20,000 bases of DNA from a candidate division WOR-3 bacterium (lineage in GTDB: Bacteria > SDB-A): NCBI GenBank assembly GCA_016934535.1, contig JAFGSQ010000010.1:60564-80563 (forward strand), given 5' to 3'. Each line of letters begins with the position of its first letter. Position 1 is the first letter of the stretch. Of this stretch, positions 18,676 through 20,000 are shown piece after piece. A model generated the notes under the pieces. That model saw only the letters and a list, made by a program, of their open reading frames with translations, did not search any database and was not told where the DNA came from. Position numbers and translations under genes: made by a program.

Positions 18676-18770
18676 AAAAATCACCTTGGAGTTACAATAC
18701 TTTTTTGACCTTTGAAAATAGTTTTTCGGGCAGATTCAGCAGGTTATCCCAACAACAAAAAGGAGGAACG

Positions 18771-20000
18771 ATGAAAATGACGTCCATAGTGTTATTAGGT
18801 TTGATGATCTTTTGCCTCTCTATTCAGGCTCAGGTCAGCCAGGCCAATTTCAAACAGGCAGTGGTCATAGACCAGGGCATTGACGAGGAAGCTCTTTCTG
18901 GAGACCTGAACCAAACCGCATATTACAGTGAATTACCTCAATCAATTGAAGAGATTTCCGGTAATCTGGGTTCTTCCCAACCGCCTTCTGCCTACGCACC
19001 CTTATGGGGTGACGATCTTTTGGTGACAAACGAGTGCCCTGTTCAGACAAATGTGACCCGATTAGCTTTCGACTACGATGTCAATGGCCATATCTATGTA
19101 GCCCTTCTGTCAAATCACGCGTCAACGGACACAATATGGATATACAGGTCAACTGACATGGGCTACACATGGGAAAAAAGCTGGGAGATGTGGTTCCAGA
19201 GCACCGGCGTCAACGTGTTGAGCTACGACATGAGAGTTCAGGCTCAGACTGCTAATCCCTACATATACACAACTGCAGTTTATGTCTACGGAAGCGACAC
19301 ACTGCTTTCCTTCCGCAGATTGAGAGTTGACCACTCGGCTTACGACTGGTATCACTTTTCTTCCACGACTTACAACGACATAAATTGGGTCGAAATGGAC
19401 ATAACAGACGAGACCGATCCTCACATATACGTTGTGTTTTCAGTTCCATCTACTCCCTGGCAATTATACAGGTGCGCTTCTGCAGATGGTGGAGCGACAT
19501 GGTCTTCAGCCACTCTTACATACAACCAAGTGACACCCAAAGATTTTGACGTATGTGCAGGTCCCGCCGACTATGCCTACATTATGAATTTTTTTGATCC
19601 TAATACAATCAGGGTATCGAGATATGACAGCTATTTCGGACACTGGATAAACCACGTCACGTTGGGAACTGATGCTAATTTGCAAAAACCTGTCGTCGCT
19701 TCAGCCCGTCAAAACGCTTACCCCACGAATTACATTCATCTGGTTTATCAACAGGGCGCTACCGATCCGACAACGACAAGATCCATTGAATACGTTTCCT
19801 CTGACGGAGGAGCGACCTGGACAGGCCCGGGATTTTTCTTGCTCGGCGACGTCCACACGGTTTGCCCGTTCGTCGCTTGCGAGAAAAACAGTTCTTCCGA
19901 TCGTTTTGTCGGCATAGCGACTCAATACTGGACAGACGCCGATTCGACCGCGATAGGCTACAAATCGAACCAGACAGTGGCCTGGAACAACCTCGGTTTC
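18771..20000 (+). CDS. Secreted BNR/Asp-box (sialidase-like beta-propeller) protein; partial
   Basis: Not in the ORF track. AGGAGG SD, MKMTSIVLLGLMIFCLSIQA signal peptide, open for 410 codons to the window end; Asp-boxes RSTDMGYTW, ASADGGATW, SSDGGATW. Confidence 0.85.
   Translation, partial: MKMTSIVLLGLMIFCLSIQAQVSQANFKQAVVIDQGIDEEALSGDLNQTAYYSELPQSIEEISGNLGSSQPPSAYAPLWGDDLLVTNECPVQTNVTRLAFDYDVNGHIYVALLSNHASTDTIWIYRSTDMGYTWEKSWEMWFQSTGVNVLSYDMRVQAQTANPYIYTTAVYVYGSDTLLSFRRLRVDHSAYDWYHFSSTTYNDINWVEMDITDETDPHIYVVFSVPSTPWQLYRCASADGGATWSSATLTYNQVTPKDFDVCAGPADYAYIMNFFDPNTIRVSRYDSYFGHWINHVTLGTDANLQKPVVASARQNAYPTNYIHLVYQQGATDPTTTRSIEYVSSDGGATWTGPGFFLLGDVHTVCPFVACEKNSSSDRFVGIATQYWTDADSTAIGYKSNQTVAWNNLGF

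Noticed and set aside
1-20000. CRISPR arrays, tRNA/rRNA genes, IS elements, prophage genes
   Set aside because: No spaced direct repeats, RNA gene signatures, transposase, integrase or phage genes were seen; intergenic gaps are short.

Overview
Bacterial chromosomal window (genetic code 11) with no mobile element, CRISPR array or RNA gene detected. Gene content suggests an anaerobe, and the secreted FlgD/T9SS-tail and Asp-box proteins resemble FCB-related lineages such as WOR-3 (inference only). Left to right: an overlapping minus-strand operon dapF - TPR lipoprotein - CPA2 antiporter/PTS-EIIA fusion - two-domain class III adenylate cyclase (runs off the left edge); a REC-PAS-HisKA_2 kinase; a small two-repeat helical protein; an rrf2 - broken ferredoxin - hcp operon with a palindromic operator; two tandem Zn-ribbon/beta-propeller paralogs; a CobB sirtuin; a secreted protein split by an in-frame TGA; a ChlI-like AAA+ gene plus vWA gene; and a secreted Asp-box protein (runs off the right edge). 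The main signals are two translational recoding sites the ORF track misses. (1) An in-frame Cys-TGA-Gly followed by a bacterial SECIS-like hairpin joins 15465..16082 and 14148..15440 into a candidate 644-aa secreted selenoprotein that matches no selenoprotein family I recognise. (2) An A_AAA_AAA slippery site with a perfect 10-bp hairpin would fuse the ChlI-like and vWA ORFs by -1 frameshifting.
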